Of a stretch of 64,000 nucleotides of DNA, positions 26,345 through 35,464 are shown piece by piece. The DNA is taken from positions 13,891 to 77,890 of the forward strand of contig DAOULX010000019.1 in assembly GCA_034414775.1 (NCBI GenBank), read 5' to 3'. Each line of letters opens with the position of its first letter. The first letter of the stretch is position 1. Below the pieces are notes generated by a model. It was given only the letters and a program-made list of their open reading frames with translations, did not search any database and had not been told where the DNA came from. Origin of the DNA: Dehalococcoidales bacterium. Lineage in GTDB: Bacteria; Chloroflexota; Dehalococcoidia; Dehalococcoidales; RBG-16-60-22. Both the position numbers and the translations under genes were made by a program.

Positions 26345-26354
26345 GCGTTTGACA
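26339..26354. promoter_or_regulatory. Operator-like palindrome TGTCAA-N4-TTGACA overlapping the -35
   Basis: Perfect 6-bp arms with a 4-nt spacer, in the ino1/usp divergent region. Confidence 0.4.
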
Positions 26355-26444
26355 GCGCCAAATAAAGCCGGGGTAGATTCTCGCTGGGGCCGCACATCCG
26401 GTTGCCCTGCCGCATACCGCTATGTTATTATCGGATAGGTAACC

Positions 26445-26915
26445 ATGTTTGAAAAAGTGCTTGTCTGCCTGGATGGTTCCGCCCACGCCGAAGAAATATT
26501 GCCCCGAATTGCCGGGGAGGGCAAGTCTATCGGTAAGGTCATCCTTGTCAAAGTGCTGGCACCCCCGGAGCTCAACCTGCCCATAGGGGTACCCGGGGAA
26601 ACTCTGGCGCCCGTAAGCACCGGCGGCCGCCTCCAGCATTTTCAAAAGGAGATGGAAGAGGCCCCCGCCTATCTGGAGTCGAAAGCACAAATGCTGAGGG
26701 AAAGCGGTCTGGACGTGGAGACCGCCGTCCTCCAGGGCGTTCCGAGCCAGGCCATCATCGACTATGCCCATGATAGTGGCACTACTCTCATCGCCATCGC
26801 CACCCACGGTCATTCCGGTTTCCGGAGTATCACTCTGGGAAGCACGGCTGAGTATGTACTGAGGCACTCGGGGTTGCCGGTCCTGCTGGTATCACCGCAG
26901 AAGCAGCCAAAATAA
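26445..26915 (+). CDS. Universal stress protein (UspA family)
   Basis: 156 aa. MFEKVLVCLDGS at the N-terminus and a C-terminal GSTAEYVLRHSGLPVLLV block. Confidence 0.88.
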   Translation: MFEKVLVCLDGSAHAEEILPRIAGEGKSIGKVILVKVLAPPELNLPIGVPGETLAPVSTGGRLQHFQKEMEEAPAYLESKAQMLRESGLDVETAVLQGVPSQAIIDYAHDSGTTLIAIATHGHSGFRSITLGSTAEYVLRHSGLPVLLVSPQKQPK

Positions 26916-27040
26916 TCACGCCGCCGGAATGCCACTATTAATGGTCAGCCCGAACCAAGTACCAAGCCGCCCCTTTTGACACCCCCCAAACCCGATGATA
27001 TCATTAATTCGTTGGAGTAGTACCCAGTTAAACTGAATAC

Positions 27041-28330
27041 ATGCCTGATGTAGAGCTCTATATCGTCCTTCTCGTTGTATGTCTGGCGTTCTCCGCATTC
27101 TTCTCCGGATCGGAGACGGCCTTTATCTCCCTGCAGCATTTCCGCCTGGAATACCTGGTCAGTACCAATGTCAAAGGGGCCAAAGGTGTCGCCGGACTCA
27201 TCGAGCGGCCGGAGCGGTTCCTTTCGGTGGTGCTGCTGGGAAATACGCTGGTCAATGCCGCTGCGGCCGCTCTGGCCACTTCCCTGGCGGTATTCTGGTG
27301 GGGCGAGCGGGGTATCATCATCGCCACCCTGGCCTTAACCGTCATCCTGCTTATCTTCTGCGAGGCCTCTCCGAAGACCATCGCCGCCCGGCACGCCGAG
27401 AGGCTTTCGCTGTTGCTGTACCGTCCTCTCAAGCTGGTCTCCTGGCTGTTTACACCGTTTGTCTTCGTCCTGAGCTGGGTAAGCGCCGGTTTTACTCGCA
27501 TTGCCGGCGGTACCCCGGTGCCCCGCTCGATCATTAGTGACGAGGAGATTCGCACGATGATATCGGTGGGGCGCGATGAGGGTACCGTCGAAGAAGCCGA
27601 GGCCAAGATGTTGCATCGGGTCTTCGACTTCGGTGACCGGCCGGTATGTGAAATCATGGTACCCCGCCTCGAGGTCGCTGCTATTCCGCAGGGGGCCACC
27701 ATGACCGATTTCCTCAAGCTTTATACGGAAAAGCCCCTCTCCCGCTTTCCGGTTTATAAGGAAAATATGGACAACGTTGTAGGATTCCTGTCCGTGAAAG
27801 ACGTGCTGATGGCCCGGGCCAGGGGCGCTGTCAGTAACGAAAGCACCATCGACGACCTGGTCAGGTCGGCGTACTTCACGCCGGAGACCAAGCGCGTCAA
27901 CGAACTTTTTTTCGAGATGCGCGATAACAATTACCGCATGGCCGTTATCGTTGACGAGTATGGTGGCACGGCGGGGATTGTCAGCCTGAGCCGGCTCGTC
28001 GAGGAGATCGTCGGGGAGGTCGGCGATGAGCTGGCCGGGGTGGAGAAGGAATACGAGGTCATCAATGAGTATACTTTCCAGATTGACGGCAGTATGCGCA
28101 TCGAAGAGGCCAACGAGGAGATGGAGCTCGACCTTCCTGAAGGCGAAGACTACGAGACCGTGGCCGGCTTCATTCTCAACCTGCTGGGTCATATACCCCG
28201 TCGCAACGAGCAGCTACGCTACCAGGGGATGAAGATGGTGATAACGGAGATGAAAGGCCAGAAAATCGAGAAGATACTGTTAACGCGGGAAAAGCTACCG
28301 GAACAGGCCGGGGGTGGGTCGAAAGCATGA
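27041..28330 (+). CDS. CNNM/CorC-HlyC family protein (DUF21 TM domain, CBS pair, CorC_HlyC), paralog 1
   Basis: N-terminal 4-TM DUF21 domain (FFSGSETAF), a CBS pair, and a C-terminal transporter-associated domain. Confidence 0.88.
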   Translation: MPDVELYIVLLVVCLAFSAFFSGSETAFISLQHFRLEYLVSTNVKGAKGVAGLIERPERFLSVVLLGNTLVNAAAAALATSLAVFWWGERGIIIATLALTVILLIFCEASPKTIAARHAERLSLLLYRPLKLVSWLFTPFVFVLSWVSAGFTRIAGGTPVPRSIISDEEIRTMISVGRDEGTVEEAEAKMLHRVFDFGDRPVCEIMVPRLEVAAIPQGATMTDFLKLYTEKPLSRFPVYKENMDNVVGFLSVKDVLMARARGAVSNESTIDDLVRSAYFTPETKRVNELFFEMRDNNYRMAVIVDEYGGTAGIVSLSRLVEEIVGEVGDELAGVEKEYEVINEYTFQIDGSMRIEEANEEMELDLPEGEDYETVAGFILNLLGHIPRRNEQLRYQGMKMVITEMKGQKIEKILLTREKLPEQAGGGSKA

Positions 28331-29637
28331 GCGGTCTGGAAGTCACCTACCTGATTCTGATCGTGGTCTTTATCGGGCTGACGGCTTTCTTCTGTAGCTC
28401 GGAGACGGCCTTCCTGGCCCTGCAAAAAGTCAGGCTGGAAACGCTGGTCAATAACGGAGTTAAGGGCGCGGCGGTAGTGTCTCGCATGCTCGAAAAGCCG
28501 GAGAAGTTCCTCTCCGTGGTGCTGCTTGGTATTAACGTCTGCAACACGGCCGCCGCCGCACTCGTCACGGCCCTGGCGGTAAACATCTGGGGTGAACATG
28601 GCATAATCTACGCTACGGTGGGGATAACCGTCATTATACTTATCTTCGCCGAGACAACACCCAAGACATTCGCCGCCCAGCACCCGGAGAGGCTGACACT
28701 GCTCTTCATCCGGCCGCTTGGCCTGCTGTCATGGCTGTTGACGCCGTTCGTGGCGGCGCTGAGCTGGGTAAGTGCCGGATTTGCCAGCATATTCGGCGGG
28801 CCGGTAGCCCGAACATTGGCCAGCCCGGAGGAAATCCGCAACATGATTTCCGTCGGCCGCCGCGCGGGTACGGTGGAGGAACACGAGGCCAGGTTGCTGC
28901 ACAAGGTCTTTGAGTTCGGCGACCGACCCGTTTACGAAGTTATGGTGCCCCGCCCGGAGGTGACGGCCGTCCCTGATGGTTCGAAAATAGAGGACTTCCT
29001 CAAAGTATACCTGGAAGAACCCCTTTCCCGTTTCCCCGTATATAAGGAGAACATGGACAACGTCGTCGGGACGCTGGCGGTGAAAGACGTCCTCATGGCC
29101 CTGGCCAGGGGTACTGCTGACGAATCGAGCGCTATCGACGAGCTGGTTCGGCCCGCCTACTTTGCCCCGGAAACGAAGCACATTGACGAGCTTTTTACCG
29201 AAATGCGCGATAAAAATTACCGGATGGCTATCGTCGTCGATGAGTACGGCGGCACGGCCGGGGTTGTCAGCCTGAGCCGGCTCGTCGAGGAAATCGTCGG
29301 GGAGGTCGGTGATGAGATGGCCGGCGTGGAAAAAGACTACCAGGTCATTAATGAATACACTTTCCAGATCGACGGCAGCATGCGCATCGAAGAGGCCAAC
29401 GAGGAAATGGAGCTGGACCTTCCCGAGGGCGAGGACTACGAGACCGTGGCCGGTTTTATCCTCAGTCTCCTCGGCCATATTCCCCGGCGCCACGAGCAGT
29501 TGCGCTACGGCGGGCTCAAGATGGTCATTACGGAGATGAAAGGATTGAAGATAGAGAAGATCCTGCTGACGAAGGAAAGGCCGCCGGGCAGTCGGAAAAC
29601 GTCCGACAAACCGGGGGAGGATTCGAAGGGAGACTAA
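28327..29637 (+). CDS. CNNM/CorC-HlyC family protein, paralog 2
   Basis: Same architecture as paralog 1. 4-nt overlap with paralog 1. The C-terminal 112 aa differ from paralog 1 at 9 positions by my count. Confidence 0.88.
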   Translation: MSGLEVTYLILIVVFIGLTAFFCSSETAFLALQKVRLETLVNNGVKGAAVVSRMLEKPEKFLSVVLLGINVCNTAAAALVTALAVNIWGEHGIIYATVGITVIILIFAETTPKTFAAQHPERLTLLFIRPLGLLSWLLTPFVAALSWVSAGFASIFGGPVARTLASPEEIRNMISVGRRAGTVEEHEARLLHKVFEFGDRPVYEVMVPRPEVTAVPDGSKIEDFLKVYLEEPLSRFPVYKENMDNVVGTLAVKDVLMALARGTADESSAIDELVRPAYFAPETKHIDELFTEMRDKNYRMAIVVDEYGGTAGVVSLSRLVEEIVGEVGDEMAGVEKDYQVINEYTFQIDGSMRIEEANEEMELDLPEGEDYETVAGFILSLLGHIPRRHEQLRYGGLKMVITEMKGLKIEKILLTKERPPGSRKTSDKPGEDSKGD

Positions 29638-29644
29638 CGTAATT

Positions 29645-29696
29645 GTCATTCTGAGGGAGCGCAGCGAAGGATGACATATGTAGGCAGGATGACATA
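29645..29696. repeat. Intergenic imperfect hairpin plus an 11-nt direct repeat
   Basis: GTCATTC..GGATGAC stem (29645-29675). AGGATGACATA occurs twice (29668-29678 and 29686-29696). Confidence 0.5.
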
Positions 29697-29729
29697 ATCC
29701 ATCCCTTTTGTGACTAGAGGGTTAGAATA

Positions 29730-30377
29730 ATGCAGCGACTGCGTATTAAGTTCAGCCGGGGCGAAGAGGTCAAGTTCATTTCTCACCTTGACATAATGCG
29801 TTTGTGGCAGCGGGCGCTCAACCGCGCCGGGATAGCCATAGCCTACTCAGAGGGATTCAACCCCCACCCCCGTATGTCCCTGGCGGTGCCGCTGGCCATC
29901 GGTGTTACCAGTGAAGCCGAGTTGATGGATATATTCCTGGAAGATTGGTCTTCTCCTCACACTTTCAGCACTGCCGTCGGAAGACAGCTACCGCGCGGCA
30001 TCGAGATCAGCCAGGTCTATAACATCGCTCCGGTGCTGCCTTCTTTGCAATCGCAGGTGCGTTTCGCCGAATACACCGTCAAGTTAGAGACCGACCGCAC
30101 ACCTGAGGATGTCGAAGGAGCTATCGCATCACTGCTAGCGCGGGAGAGCCTCCCCTGGCAGCACCAACGGGACACGGGACCGCGGCATTATGACCTGCGC
30201 AAGCTCATCGACGCGATATGGCTGATCGGTGGCCACAACGACCACTGTTCCATCGGCATGAGGCTGCGCTGCGATAGCGCCGGCTCTGGCCGTCCCGAAC
30301 AGGTAGCGGCCGCCCTCGGCTTCGAGAACTACCCCGAATCAATCCACCGCACCAGATTGCTGTTGCAGTCGAAATAG
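29730..30377 (+). CDS. Radical-SAM-associated DUF2344-family protein
   Basis: MQRLRIKFSRGEEVKFISHLDIMRLWQRALNRAGI..YSEGFNPHPRMS matches the remembered DUF2344/TIGR03936 pattern. Confidence 0.75.
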   Translation: MQRLRIKFSRGEEVKFISHLDIMRLWQRALNRAGIAIAYSEGFNPHPRMSLAVPLAIGVTSEAELMDIFLEDWSSPHTFSTAVGRQLPRGIEISQVYNIAPVLPSLQSQVRFAEYTVKLETDRTPEDVEGAIASLLARESLPWQHQRDTGPRHYDLRKLIDAIWLIGGHNDHCSIGMRLRCDSAGSGRPEQVAAALGFENYPESIHRTRLLLQSK

Positions 30378-30386
30378 CAGGAACAA

Positions 30387-31820
30387 GTGAGTGGATTAAA
30401 GAATCAGAACACCATTGAATCCCGCGTCCTTGATTTCATCCGGAAAGAAGGCCTGGCAGTTACCGGCCAGAAGCTCGTCGTGGCGGTGTCCGGTGGGGCG
30501 GATTCGGTCTGCCTTCTTTATGTGCTGGCTGATCTACAGAAAGAACTTGATATCAGTCTGCACGTCGCCCATCTGGACCATCAATTACGCGGTAGTCAAT
30601 CCCGTGGTGACGCCGGATACGTCGCCGGGCTGGCCCGGCGTTTGGGTTTGCCGGCCACCGTAGAATCGCGGGATGTCAGGCCATACAGGCAAAAACACCG
30701 CCTCTCCCTGGAAGAAGCGGCGCGCGAAGTCCGCTACGCATTTCTGGCCGAGGTCGCCGGAAGGGTCGAGGCCGAACGTGTGGCGGTCGGGCATACCGCC
30801 GACGACCATGTCGAGACCATCCTCATGCACCTTATCAGGGGTAGCGGACTGGGAGGAATGCGGGGACTCCGGCCGCTCAGCCAGCAGGTCTTCTCGGGAC
30901 GCAGCTTCACCATCATCAGGCCATTGCTCGGGCTGGACCGGCAGGATACCGCCGCCTACTGCCGAAAACATCGCCTAAGACCCCGGACGGACGCATCAAA
31001 TCTGTCCGTGGAGCCGTTCCGCAATAGAATCAGGCTTGAGCTACTGCCCGAGCTTCGGAGATACAATCCTCGCATCGACGAGGCCCTAATGCGGATGGCA
31101 CGACTGGCCGCCGCCGACCTGGACTTCATTGAGGATGAAGCCGCGAAACAATGGGGAGAGGTGGCCAGAGAAGAAGGCGACCGGGTATTCCTTGATAGAG
31201 AGAAGCTGGCAGCCTTGCCGCCAGCCCTGCAGCGGCACCTGCTGAGAGCGGCCGTGGCAAAACGGCTCGGCGGCCTCAAGGACATCGAGGCGGGTCACAT
31301 CGAGGATCTCTTGGACGCTTTGGAAAAGCCGGCCGGAAAGATAATCAGCCTGCCCGAAGGCTTAAATTTCGTCATCGAGCCTGACCGTTTCCTGCTGGCC
31401 GGAGATGCGGTGGCCTCCTGCCCTTTCCCCCCTCTAGAAGGTGAGGCGACGCTGAACATCCCCGGTCGGACAAGTCTGCCCGGCTGGAATATACACGCCG
31501 AGATTCTTTCACCCGCCGGTGAGCCGGCTTCTTCTTCCGATGGGCTTGATGCCATCTTTGACTTCGCCAGGACGGGGGATAAGCTTGTCGTGCGCCCCCG
31601 CCGGCCCGGAGAACGCTTTCAGCCGCTGGGCCTGGGCGGGACCAAGAAACTCACGGAATTCATGATCGATGCCGGGATACCGCGGGCCTGGCGGCGTCGT
31701 GTCCCCATCGTGGCCTCGCCGGAAGGAGTCATCTGGGTGGTCGGCTGGCGAATCGACGAACGCGTCCGGCTCACCGAGGACACTCGCAGGGTGTTACACC
31801 TGGCCTTCAGGCCCGTTTGA
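30387..31820 (+). CDS. tilS: tRNA(Ile)-lysidine synthase
   Basis: PP-loop VAVSGGADSVCLL, HLDHQLRG, and a C-terminal TilS domain. GTG start. Confidence 0.9.
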   Translation: MSGLKNQNTIESRVLDFIRKEGLAVTGQKLVVAVSGGADSVCLLYVLADLQKELDISLHVAHLDHQLRGSQSRGDAGYVAGLARRLGLPATVESRDVRPYRQKHRLSLEEAAREVRYAFLAEVAGRVEAERVAVGHTADDHVETILMHLIRGSGLGGMRGLRPLSQQVFSGRSFTIIRPLLGLDRQDTAAYCRKHRLRPRTDASNLSVEPFRNRIRLELLPELRRYNPRIDEALMRMARLAAADLDFIEDEAAKQWGEVAREEGDRVFLDREKLAALPPALQRHLLRAAVAKRLGGLKDIEAGHIEDLLDALEKPAGKIISLPEGLNFVIEPDRFLLAGDAVASCPFPPLEGEATLNIPGRTSLPGWNIHAEILSPAGEPASSSDGLDAIFDFARTGDKLVVRPRRPGERFQPLGLGGTKKLTEFMIDAGIPRAWRRRVPIVASPEGVIWVVGWRIDERVRLTEDTRRVLHLAFRPV

Positions 31821-31829
31821 AACCGTCCT

Positions 31830-32828
31830 TTAGAGCACCCGCTTCAGCCGCGGGTTGGCGGTGATGCCCGGAATGCGCCCCCGCTTGGCGATGGGCTTCC
31901 CTTCGATTTCGTGGAGGTCGGCCGTGAAATCGATAGGTCGCGCCCCGCTGATATAGCTGCCGACGCCGAAGCCGTTCACCGGTGCGCCTCTCTCCAGGAA
32001 GTGCGTGATTCGTTCCGGGTCGAAGCCGCCGCTGACGAAAATGCCGACATTTTTGAAGCCGGCCAGGTCGAGACGGGCGCGTACTTCCTTGACCAAGTCG
32101 ATGGTGACCCGTCCGCGTTCGCCGGGGGTATCCAGCCGCACGGCCTGGAGCTTTCCCCCGAGCGCTTCCGCCACCCGCAGGCTCTCCTCGGCCTCGTCCT
32201 TGAATGTGTCCACGAGCGATACCAGTGGTACCTCCGGCGGTATGTGCTTATCGAAAAGAAGGGTGGCGGTAACTGTGTCACCCATGATGATAATCAGGGC
32301 GTGGGGCATGGTGCCCGAGGCCTCGATGCCGGCCAGGCGGGCACCGTTGACGCTGGAGCAGCCCGTGCAGCCCCCCACCACCGCCGCGTAGTCCATCACG
32401 CCGGTCACCGATGGGTGGACGTGCCGCGCTCCGAAGCTGACGACCGGTATGTCCCCGGCTGCCTCGACACATTCCCGGGCGGCCGTCGCCCAGCCGCTGC
32501 ACTGTGCCAGGGTGCCGATGATGGCCGTCTCATAGACTCCGTAGCTCTGGTAGGGGGCGGTGATGCGAAGCACGACCTCCTTAGCCGCCATGGCGTCCCC
32601 CTCCGCCAGCGCCCATACCTCTCTGTTATCTTCGGGCAGGGCCTCGGCCAGCAGCGCTTTGACCTCTTCAATGCCGCAGAGCAATCCGGCATGACTACCG
32701 AACACCTCCATCGTGGCGGTAGGATTGATTCCCTCCCGGCGTAAGATATCGATAGTGCGGACGAAGTAGATATCGGCGGTCTCGCCGGAGAGGACGTCAG
32801 GGTTCGGCCTGAACTTCGGCTCCACCAT
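31830..32828 (-). CDS. pncB: Nicotinate phosphoribosyltransferase (short archaeal-like type)
   Basis: Type II PRTase blocks. AGGAGG lies 6 nt before ATG 32828. Sits directly downstream of pncA. The track's longer start overlaps pncA. Confidence 0.7.
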   Translation of the reverse strand: MVEPKFRPNPDVLSGETADIYFVRTIDILRREGINPTATMEVFGSHAGLLCGIEEVKALLAEALPEDNREVWALAEGDAMAAKEVVLRITAPYQSYGVYETAIIGTLAQCSGWATAARECVEAAGDIPVVSFGARHVHPSVTGVMDYAAVVGGCTGCSSVNGARLAGIEASGTMPHALIIIMGDTVTATLLFDKHIPPEVPLVSLVDTFKDEAEESLRVAEALGGKLQAVRLDTPGERGRVTIDLVKEVRARLDLAGFKNVGIFVSGGFDPERITHFLERGAPVNGFGVGSYISGARPIDFTADLHEIEGKPIAKRGRIPGITANPRLKRVL

Positions 32829-32838
32829 ATTCCACCTC

Positions 32839-33354
32839 CTAAACGAGTTTAGCCCCCAGCACTTTTTCCATGTGTTCCAGGGCGAAGCGGTGGGCTGACT
32901 CATCGGGAGACGCGACGCAGTCCACCGGCACCTCAACGTCGTAGTCGCGGTTTCGGGCGTCGGCGGTGGTGTGCAGGACGCAGATATTGGTCAGTACGCC
33001 GCAAACGATGATTTTTTCCGGCTTGAGCTCCTTCAACCTGTCTTCAAGTGGTGTGTTATAAAAGGCGCTGTAGCGTTTCTTGGGGATAACTTCTCCGGAA
33101 AATCCGGCCAGTTCCGGGATTACCTCGGCTTCCTCGGTACCGGCCACGCAGTGGGGCGGAAACATCTTGAACTCCAGGTCGTCGGGATCGTGGTTATCGC
33201 AGATAAAGAATATCTTCAAACCGGCGGCCTGCTCTTTCTCCAGAAGGCGCTGGACATTGGGGATGATGTTTCGTGCCTTGTCGCCGGAGTATAGGGCGTG
33301 GCCTGGCTCCATGAAGCACCGCAGCATATCTATGACTAATACGGCGTTGGGCAT
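32839..33354 (-). CDS. pncA: Nicotinamidase / isochorismatase-family cysteine hydrolase
   Basis: VLVIDM, FICDNHDPDD, and CGVLTNICV carrying the catalytic Cys. Confidence 0.8.
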   Translation of the reverse strand: MPNAVLVIDMLRCFMEPGHALYSGDKARNIIPNVQRLLEKEQAAGLKIFFICDNHDPDDLEFKMFPPHCVAGTEEAEVIPELAGFSGEVIPKKRYSAFYNTPLEDRLKELKPEKIIVCGVLTNICVLHTTADARNRDYDVEVPVDCVASPDESAHRFALEHMEKVLGAKLV

Positions 33355-33375
33355 TTACCTCACCCCCTACTTGGA

Positions 33376-34920
33376 TTAATGCCGGAAGTGCCTGACCCCG
33401 GTCAGGACCATGGCGATATCGTGCTTGTCCGCGGCGTCGATGGACTCCTGGTCGCGGATGGAGCCGCCGGGCTGGATGATGGCCGTCACGCCTATCTTGG
33501 CGGCATGCTCGACGACGTCCGGGAAGGGGAACATGGCGTCCGAGGCCAGGACGCTGCCCCTGGCTTTGTCGCCGGCCTTCTCCCCGGCTATCTGGGCGCT
33601 GACAATGCGGCTGGGCTGCCCTGCCCCCATCCCCACCACCGTCTTGTCCCTGGCGAGCATGATGGCGTTGGACTTAACGTGTTTGGCGGCGTGCCAGGCG
33701 AAGAGCAGGTCGTCTTTTTCCTTGGCCGTCGGCGGGCGTTTGGTGACCACTTTGAGGTCGACCTTGCCCTCCGGCAAGGAGTCCGAGCCCTGGACCAGGA
33801 AGCCGCCTTTAACGTGGCGGTAGTCGGTGTAGTCGCACTCTTCTTTGCCGTAGCCGGGCGGCAGTTCCGCCACCAGGATGCGGAGGTCCCTTTTCTTCTT
33901 GAGCATCTCCAGGGCCTTGGGGTCATACTCGGGGGCGATGACAATCTCGTAAAACACCGGTTTCATCGCCTCGGCCATGGCCGGGGTGACGGGGCGGTTG
34001 GCCGCCACGATGCCGCCGAAGGCCGCCACCTCGTCACCGCTGAAAGCCTGCCGGTAAGCCTCGGCGATGTCTTCGTGACTGGCCAGGCCACAGGGATTGG
34101 TGTGCTTGATGACGGAAACGGTCGGGGCGGCGAAATCGACGGCGGCGCCCCAGGCGGCGTCCGCGTCCAGGATGTTGTTGAAGGAAAGCTCCTTACCATG
34201 CAGCACCTTGGCCCAGGTGATGCCAGTATTAGGCTTCGGGTCGATGGAAAGCTCGGCGTAGAAAGCGGCTGTCTGGTGGGGGTTCTCCCCGTAGCGCAGG
34301 CCGTAGCGTTTCTTCATGGCGATGGTTAACTCCTCGGGAAGGCCGGGCTCGCCCCGGCGCAGGTACTGGGCAATGGCGGTATCGTAGATGGCCGTGTGCT
34401 GGAAGGCCTTCTGCGCCAGCCGCTGGCGTTCTTCGAGGGGCAAATCGCCTTTCTGGAGCTTCTCCAGCACGACCGGGTAATCGGCCGGGTCCACGACGAC
34501 GATAACGCCGGGGAAGTTCTTGGCTGAGGCGCGAATCATCGTGGGTCCGCCGATGTCGATGTTCTCCAGGGCGTCGGTAAGGGTAACGCCGTCTTCAGTG
34601 ACCGTCTGCACGAAGGGATAAAGATTGACCGCCACCAGGTCTATCTTCTCGATGTGCTTTTCGGCCAGCTCATCCATGTGGGCGGGCAGGTCGCGGCGGG
34701 CGAGGATGCCGCCGTGGACCATCGGGTGCAGGGTCTTGACCCGCCCGTCGAGGATTTCCGGGAAACCGGTGATGTCCGAGACGCTTTTAACGGGCACCCC
34801 GGCCTCACCGATGGCCTTTTTGGTGTTGCCGGTGCTGAAAATCTCGTAGCCGAGCTGGCTCAGGCCGCGGGCGAAATCGGCGACGCCGGTTTTATCCGAA
34901 ACGCTAACGATGGCTCTCAT
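33376..34920 (-). CDS. purH: Bifunctional AICAR transformylase / IMP cyclohydrolase
   Basis: 514 aa. MRAIVSVSDKTG, KTLHPMVHGGIL, and a C-terminal RHFRH. Confidence 0.95.
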   Translation of the reverse strand: MRAIVSVSDKTGVADFARGLSQLGYEIFSTGNTKKAIGEAGVPVKSVSDITGFPEILDGRVKTLHPMVHGGILARRDLPAHMDELAEKHIEKIDLVAVNLYPFVQTVTEDGVTLTDALENIDIGGPTMIRASAKNFPGVIVVVDPADYPVVLEKLQKGDLPLEERQRLAQKAFQHTAIYDTAIAQYLRRGEPGLPEELTIAMKKRYGLRYGENPHQTAAFYAELSIDPKPNTGITWAKVLHGKELSFNNILDADAAWGAAVDFAAPTVSVIKHTNPCGLASHEDIAEAYRQAFSGDEVAAFGGIVAANRPVTPAMAEAMKPVFYEIVIAPEYDPKALEMLKKKRDLRILVAELPPGYGKEECDYTDYRHVKGGFLVQGSDSLPEGKVDLKVVTKRPPTAKEKDDLLFAWHAAKHVKSNAIMLARDKTVVGMGAGQPSRIVSAQIAGEKAGDKARGSVLASDAMFPFPDVVEHAAKIGVTAIIQPGGSIRDQESIDAADKHDIAMVLTGVRHFRH

Positions 34921-34921
34921 A

Positions 34922-35452
34922 TTACTCTTTCCTTTTGCTTTTTTGTTGCAATAGCCTGTATATTCCCAGAAAAAAGTTCGTCCTGGGCACCTTTTGCATA
35001 TAACTTCGATAGTCGGCGCCGAACTTCTTGATAAGTTTTTTGTCTTCCTCGATACAACCCAGATAAATAACCGTGACGCCAGCAGCCCCGAGTATGCCGA
35101 ACAACCAGTGCGGATTCGCTAACAGATTGGTCAGGAAAATTGCGTATATGCCACCGGTATATTGCGGGTGCCTGACGATGGAGTATATGCCCGTGTCCAC
35201 CAGTCGCGTGGTGTTGACATACGATTTTCCTTTTGAGACCCCGCCCCGCCGGGGGAACATGACTATCGGCGCCATGACCAGGATCATACCCACCACCCAG
35301 ACGACCCAGGCGATAATAGCCAGGGGCAGGTATGATTCCACCTTAATAACTCCGGTTAGGACCAAGGGATTGACAGGGAAACAGGCGATAGCCAGAACGG
35401 TCATAAGAGCGCTCCAGAGTATGTCCCCTTTGCTCATTTTCCAGGTTGCCAA
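34922..35452 (-). CDS. Isoprenylcysteine carboxyl methyltransferase (ICMT)-family membrane methyltransferase
   Basis: 4-5 TM helices. GIYSIVRHPQYTGG motif. Confidence 0.75.
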   Translation of the reverse strand: MATWKMSKGDILWSALMTVLAIACFPVNPLVLTGVIKVESYLPLAIIAWVVWVVGMILVMAPIVMFPRRGGVSKGKSYVNTTRLVDTGIYSIVRHPQYTGGIYAIFLTNLLANPHWLFGILGAAGVTVIYLGCIEEDKKLIKKFGADYRSYMQKVPRTNFFLGIYRLLQQKSKRKE

Positions 35453-35464
35453 TCCCCCTCCTCC

